Shown piece after piece: positions 58,012 to 64,000 of a stretch of DNA of 64,000 nt; the stretch's first letter is position 1; every line of letters starts with the position of its first letter. Position numbers and translations under genes: made by a program. Origin of the DNA: Eukaryota sp. TZLM1-RC (lineage: Eukaryota > Protista > Metamonada: BaSk clade); contig JAUPSS010000010.1 in NCBI GenBank assembly GCA_040285825.1, forward strand, positions 1,114,881 to 1,178,880, in the 5' to 3' direction. The notes beneath the pieces were generated by a model. The model was not told where the DNA came from, did not search any database, and saw nothing but the letters and a program-made list of their open reading frames with translations.

Positions 58012-59339
58012 GATTGAGAAGATTTCTATCTTTTTGATCTTCAGTTTAATTGATTACAAATGATTCAACTCATTCAACCAATTCAAGTCGTCTGATCTCC
58101 TAGTTGTCATAAAAGCAATCTTCTTTCTTTTAGGAGACGACCGTTTGTCTCTATTACTGATCCTTATTACAGGGTGCTATGTCCACCTTGTACAACGAGG
58201 GTGTAGTCCCTGCAAAGACAAAAGTGTTATATCTTTCCCCCGTTGCCGTGTATCTACCTGAATTAACGATGGTGATAATATCTGTTGATCAACTACTGTC
58301 ATCATATTCACTTGAATCGAATTTCTCTTCTTCTAATAACAGGGTTTGTAGTGCTTTCCATTGAGTCTAAAATAATTGAAGGTTTGTACTGGGAACAGTA
58401 GCTTTCTTTTTCAAATTCGTATATCTATAATACCAAGATAGGAAGAATTAGTGTGTTATCGTATTATCATGTTACCCGTAGCTATACGTGACCTTCCGTT
58501 TTAGGAATGTATCACGTCATCATGTGTTTATTTATTATTTTATTTTTGCACGAAAAGCAACAATCATCTTAAAAGCAACATTATCAATGGCACGTTTATC
58601 TGATGGATTCAACATTGAAAGAATTTGCTCTTAATTGCTACCAATTAATTCATAATAGTTGTAAAAAAAGGTCACTTGTGCCGAGAAATAACACCACTAT
58701 TGATGAATTATTTTGGTGTTGTTCTGAATCTGAATCTTTTGAATTAAATGATGTATTGAATAAAAATTATCTGTGTTTGATGGTGTTACCGGTGATGAGC
58801 TTTTGTTTTTAATTGGAATGCACTCAATTGTACATTTATGCTACTATTAAATTAAACTGAATTTGTTTTGTGCCCTTCCAATCCAAATAAAAGTAAAGAT
58901 CCCAAACCTTCTGTTATTAGAATAAAACAAGTCAATGAAGTTGATCTCAAACTGTGACAATCTGTGCACTCTAAATAAATATCTGATAAATTATCAGACT
59001 TGTCATCAAAATCCTTGGAATGTTGAACAATACATGCATAAATTCAAAGTGAAATTGGTTCAGAATGAACTGCTTACCCCATTCACCAAGAGCAATTGCT
59101 TGGACAGCAAATTCTGTTTGAAGATATAACTCTGCAAAAGAATGGGGCCATCTGGATTAGTACATTAGACGTCAAATTAATTGATGATGATACAGATACT
59201 GTGATCGTTTGGGGATTGGAACGCAAAAACAAATGGCAAAAGGAAGCAAAGCACCCTCGAGGTCTAGGATTGAGAAAATCACTCAATACAGCTGGTACAA
59301 AACTTATTCAGTGGATGATTGACATACTATTGATATGCA

Positions 59340-60010
59340 TTTTTTGCATTGTTTGAAGGATCATTTGATGACTTTTTGATCAAAAGTCCATGATGCATTT
59401 AGAGATCAGCTCTATTGTATGTCTAAGTCTCACAGAATTGTCTCCTATTTGGAACCATTACTTTCTCGTTTGGTTGATGAGGACACTTTGAATTCTTTTG
59501 GTCGTAACAGAGATGAGTTAATGCTTGAAGGACTTGATGGGACCACTATCATTACTGATGTGAGATCAACTGATGTGTGTAATAATTCTGTCATACCATT
59601 AGCTCTGGCAAAACACAAGAATCTGCTGGCTGTTGCCGAAAATTCTAGAATTAATAAATAAGTTGCAAAGTTGGTTTCCTTGAATGCTGAATCTTCCACT
59701 CATTATGTCCTTTGTCCATTTGCTTATTCCTTACATAATACACTTCGAACACTTACTTTATCTTTTTTGGATGATTTTGATGAAATTGTAAAACAACGTA
59801 AAGGAAGAATTTTTGACAAAACGTTTTGGCAGAACAGAATTGTATTTTGTATTTTTAAAAGTGCTGTCCCCTTATTGTTTTCTGCTTTATTATCTCGTGG
59901 TCGCTTTTATGAAGGAAGAACTTCCAGTCAATTTTTGTTGGCTGATTTGGGATATGAAGATTTAGAAGTTTAATTTTTGGGTTTAGTTTTTGGAAAGTAA
60001 TAAATTAAAA
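59340..60010 (+). mobile_element. Retrotransposon family B 3' fragment
   Basis: SKVHDAFRDQL, IITDVRSTD, CPFAYSL, FWQNRIVF, DLGYEDLEV. Confidence 0.75.
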
Positions 60011-60087
60011 AGTTACGACAAAAAAGTTTGAAGGATCTTCCCCTTCATCTTCAGTATTCACATATCCACATAACTCGTTTTCTTTAT

Positions 60088-60546
60088 ATGAGCTCTACAG
60101 AGTTACCAAAAGCTACAGTGACTAAGGTTATAAAAGAAGCATTACCAGAAAAGATGCGAATCTCAGCTGATGCAAGGGACACCTTGATCCGTTCTTGCAA
60201 TGTATTCATACAACGCTTATCATCTCGATCAAATGACATATGCTTATCAGAAGAAAGAAAGACAATAATGCCTGAACATATCTACTCTGCTCTCAATGAA
60301 ATAGGGTTTCCCGAGCATGTGGAACAATGTCAACAGTCTGTTGAGACTTTTCGAGTTGCAGAAACAACCAAACCTCGACTGAAAAGAACAACTTCTGACT
60401 TCACGGATCCTGACTTGCTAGCTGAACAGAGAAGGATATTTGAAGAAGCAGCCCGTTCTTGTTCAACAGAAGCTCCTACTGTTATAGCTGCCTCACTTGA
60501 TAGACCAGTTGAACCATCAGAACATGACGAACTGGATGAGATTTAG
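60088..60546 (+). CDS. DR1: Negative cofactor 2 beta (Dr1), histone-fold protein
   Basis: LPKATVTKVIKE.LP...KTIMPEHIYSAL.EIGF plus the NC2beta-type C-terminal AEQRRIFEEA; ATG at 60088. Confidence 0.8.
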   Translation: MSSTELPKATVTKVIKEALPEKMRISADARDTLIRSCNVFIQRLSSRSNDICLSEERKTIMPEHIYSALNEIGFPEHVEQCQQSVETFRVAETTKPRLKRTTSDFTDPDLLAEQRRIFEEAARSCSTEAPTVIAASLDRPVEPSEHDELDEI

Positions 60547-60736
60547 TATTTGTACATTTTTTGTTAAGACAACTTTATAAATATAAAAATAAAAATACAT
60601 AAATATATTCATTACATTACCAACAAATAGATTGTGGATTCGCAAAGATTAACCTCAAAAAACAAATTCATAAAAAATGAAGAACAAAAAAGATTCATAA
60701 CAATCAAATTCCAATCAATCAAATTCCAATCAATCA

Positions 60737-61585
60737 CTACTCCAAAGTAGATAAGAAATCAGCATACAGCTGCTCAGTAGACAAGCTCTTCCCTTTCGGA
60801 GCTGCTTCTACATTGACTTTCTTTGGTGGAGGTTCTGTTTCTGAAGTAGTCTCCTCTTGCCTGCGTTTGGACTTTGGTTTCTCAAATATATCATCTCGCT
60901 GACTCCACCTTATTAGTAAAATCTCTTTATGGTTTAGAGCTTGACCTTGCATTGCTTCTTTCGCAAACTCGGCATTACCTCTATATCTATACTCTACAAA
61001 AGCAATGCATCGCTCAGAATCCACTTGAATCCCCTTGACTTCACCCCACTGAGAGAAGTGTTCCATGAGATCTGAATCGATAGTGGGACACATACCGAAG
61101 TTGGAGACTTGAAGTGTTTTACATTCCCTATTAAAGTTACCTACTCCTCTGTAATCATCCCTGTCTGTGGAAAATCTGGTCCGTCCAAAAATGTCCCTGG
61201 CAGGTTCCAGAGCATCAGAATCAGGAGGACACGGAAGGCGATGTTTGTAAGCACAAGAAGAACCTCGTGAGCAACACCCTCTAGCAAAGTACAAACAAAA
61301 AGGTACTCTTCCTGGAGTTTCGTCTGCTTTCGTTGTACCTTCGTCTTGTTTGATATCACAACGATGTTGAGCAGGAGCTATTTCCTCAACTTGTTTTTTA
61401 AATGTATCGAAACCACCTCCAGACCATCGGTGATACCAAACATTGTAGGCATAACCCTCTTCAACGCCCTTTGTGGCAACGGGGGGAGCGGACACTTGTC
61501 GTCGGGCAGGAGAATCTTTTCTGCTATAATCATAAGTAGATTTAGAAGTGTTGTGAAGTGAAGAGAAGTACTCCAGAGGATTCAT
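60737..61585 (-). CDS. CWC2: Pre-mRNA splicing factor Cwc2 (CCCH zinc finger plus RRM)
   Basis: YNVWYHRWSGG, FCLYFARGCCSRGSSCAYKHRLP, DIFGR, AEFAKEAMQGQAL...IRW. Confidence 0.92.
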   Translation of the reverse strand: MNPLEYFSSLHNTSKSTYDYSRKDSPARRQVSAPPVATKGVEEGYAYNVWYHRWSGGGFDTFKKQVEEIAPAQHRCDIKQDEGTTKADETPGRVPFCLYFARGCCSRGSSCAYKHRLPCPPDSDALEPARDIFGRTRFSTDRDDYRGVGNFNRECKTLQVSNFGMCPTIDSDLMEHFSQWGEVKGIQVDSERCIAFVEYRYRGNAEFAKEAMQGQALNHKEILLIRWSQRDDIFEKPKSKRRQEETTSETEPPPKKVNVEAAPKGKSLSTEQLYADFLSTLE

Positions 61586-62445
61586 GAATATAAAGCAATG
61601 TCAGAAAAAATGATATAATATTGATATGAATTCAACCTCAAAATTCAACCAGACAATCTTTTTGATTTAACACTCATCATTCCTTCATCCAATAAAAATC
61701 AGTGTCAGCAAAATCACCTCCAAAGGGAGATATAGTATATTATTATGAGGGAGACATTAGGATTGAGAAGCAGTAAATGCATCACCTGTTGTTGTGACAT
61801 TGTTTTCCCAAACCAATACCATCAATTTAATCCTTTTTTCCGCCTCATTTGTGATCAATCGGAGACTCCACAACAAATGGTAACTCACGAATATGTGAGA
61901 GAAAATTTGATTCATGTTCATGGTGTGTAACCAAATTTACCGCAAAGAGAGAGTATTCTCTGATAGCCAACTACCCAAAGCAAAACGTTAAGAAAATCAT
62001 TAATGCTCTTAACAGTTTTTTATTCAAATTGTTGTTACTTATATGTCTATGTTTGCGAAGTGACAGTCCGACTCAATAATAAGTCGGTCGAACAAACCAT
62101 TGAACATCTCACATAATCTGAACGATAGGTTGAACTAACAGCGTAAATCTCACATTGTTTTCAAGAATTTCCAAATTTTTCATTAATATGAATCTATTCA
62201 ATAAATTCAATTATCACACTGAAAAATAGATATTCCCATAAGTTGGTGACATCAAGGCCATACTTTCAAAACATTCTGCATGTGCTTTTGCCTATGGTAT
62301 GCACTTTTGACGTGCAATATGATGGTTAGAATACTGTACATTACCTTCAACTAAAAAAAATAAGATTTGACTCAATGTTAAGGCGAGGTGCGAATTATTC
62401 ATTACAACACAGCTTTGTTTCCAAAACATTGGGACATTTGGACTA

Positions 62446-62640
62446 CAGTGTTTGTTATAACTTTGGGCCCGTAAACATTGGATATTTGACGATTCCGTCC
62501 CAATGTTTTTCGGCACCTGTAAGAAAAACTGAATCAAAATGAAAAACAGAGGAAGTTTTCAAAAAAAACTTTGAAAACTTTTTCATGTCCCAAAGTTTTA
62601 AATTTCCAGAATTTTCGGGCCCAAAGTATTACAAACACGG
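62446..62640. mobile_element. Tc1/mariner-type MITE, 195 bp, imperfect TIRs of about 40 bp, TA target-site duplication
   Basis: Left TA|cagtgtttgttataactttgggcccgtaaacattggatattt; right end reverse-complemented TA|ccgtgtttgtaatactttgggcccgaaaattctggaaattt. Confidence 0.8.
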
Positions 62641-63572
62641 TATTCAAATATAGTTTAGAACAACTTTTGCTTCATAATTTAATTTGTTTATGGATATCAA
62701 GTTTCCTATTCAGTCAATTGTTTCAGAAATAGTATTCAATTTTTAAACAATTGTTAATCAATGTCATTTCATTGATTTTCAATGTAGATTCAACTTTATT
62801 TATTGGTTGTCACTGTTGGAGAGTCAATCTTCTCCAAATATTGAAGCACATGTCCACATGTCCAGTTCGATCTTCAGTAATGTCCAATGCATTAATCACC
62901 TTTTGAATCCATATCTATCTGTATGACTTCACATAAAACACTGTGTGCTTCACCTTTTCAGGAATTGATTTCAGAAATTGTTGTGTATTGTTTGCCAATG
63001 AATACTGTTGTTAATTATAATTTTTCGCATTCAATTTATTTAAATAATTCAAAAGAATCAAAAAGCACATCTCTATAGCAATTGCTGATTATTTGATGAA
63101 CTGATCATAATTACAATGACAATTTGATCTAATCAACAGTGAGTGCTTTTTACATTAGACTCAAACTGTGAATCAGATCACACCAAGCTCAACAGTTTAA
63201 GAGTAGATTTGTGCATTTTTTGGTAGAGACTTGTCCTATCAAGTGATAGAGTCCATTTTTGTTGATGAACAACCATAATTGAACCAAAACTACTTTCTTT
63301 GTTTCATACATCTAAAGAAATTAAACCATAATTTCAGTGGAAGCAATGAGATCAAGGAGTGTAGAGGTGAGACAAAAATAGTTGAGAAAACAATGTTTAT
63401 CAAATTCAAGCAAGAAAAAACTAGAGTTCTAAAAAACTAAAAAATCACAGAAAATAAGATTAAAAACTAAATAAAAAACATTAAAAACTAAATTAAAACA
63501 TTAGAAACGATTGAAACCGAATATAGATAAACCCCAACCAATACCTAAACATCCTGAACAATCGAGAATTTC

Positions 63573-64000
63573 TCATCTGAAATACGAAACAAACACCTCT
63601 TCCACACACTCAGCACAAGAATCTGCACATTCAAAAACTTGAACTGAACCAAAATCAACGCCTCCCATCATAGGATCGTGACCATTAGCGTCTACATTAA
63701 GCATGGAGAGAACCGTGGGGGACACTTGGAAAGCAAACCTTCTATCTGCTCCACAACAACACTTGGAGGGGGAATAGTCACTGGTTGATATACTAAAAGG
63801 AGAAAACTGGATAGCGTGGTTGTTATTAGATTTCAGTATGTACGCATAGTCTTGGACCAAAATATCAGAAGAATCAGATTCATAATCTTCATCACCAAAC
63901 TCTTCATTGTTTTCCTTGTCTGATTCGTACTCATCAGCAAGATCTTGAAACTCCTGGTCTTCATCGATTTCAGAGAGCGAGAGACCATCAGAAAAGGTAA
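63573..64000 (-). CDS. PDCD2/TSR4-like protein, C-terminal part (5' end beyond the window)
   Basis: Frame open to the window edge; CCCGADRRFAFQVSP...VDFGSVQVFECADSC...EEVF matches PDCD2_C. Confidence 0.75.
   Translation of the reverse strand, partial: TFSDGLSLSEIDEDQEFQDLADEYESDKENNEEFGDEDYESDSSDILVQDYAYILKSNNNHAIQFSPFSISTSDYSPSKCCCGADRRFAFQVSPTVLSMLNVDANGHDPMMGGVDFGSVQVFECADSCAECVEEVFVSYFR

Overview
AT-rich, gene-dense eukaryotic DNA using the standard genetic code, with tiny 28-35 nt GT-AG introns. It is most consistent with an anaerobic flagellated protist (IFT20, alpha-tubulin, a bacterial-type hybrid-cluster protein); the species cannot be identified from this window. About 25 host genes are interspersed with many truncated copies of at least two families of RLE-type (CRE-like) non-LTR retrotransposons and one Tc1/mariner-type MITE. 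Three things stand out. (1) A Fanzor (eukaryotic TnpB-like RNA-guided nuclease) gene at 22884-24819 (-) has an intact D-E-D RuvC triad and an N-terminal CCHC zinc knuckle in a shifted frame. Directly after its stop lies a compact structured segment with UUCG and GAAA tetraloop hairpins that looks like an omegaRNA scaffold. (2) A phosphatidylglycerophosphate synthase (PGS1) is split into two one-HKD halves 7.4 kb apart. The halves join colinearly at a GA..AG junction with complementary flanks, so this is a giant cis intron, trans-splicing or gene fission. (3) The hybrid-cluster protein gene carries 13 mini-introns and 5-10 nt micro-exons, while almost all neighbours are intronless. All family assignments come from motif recognition by eye; no database search was run.
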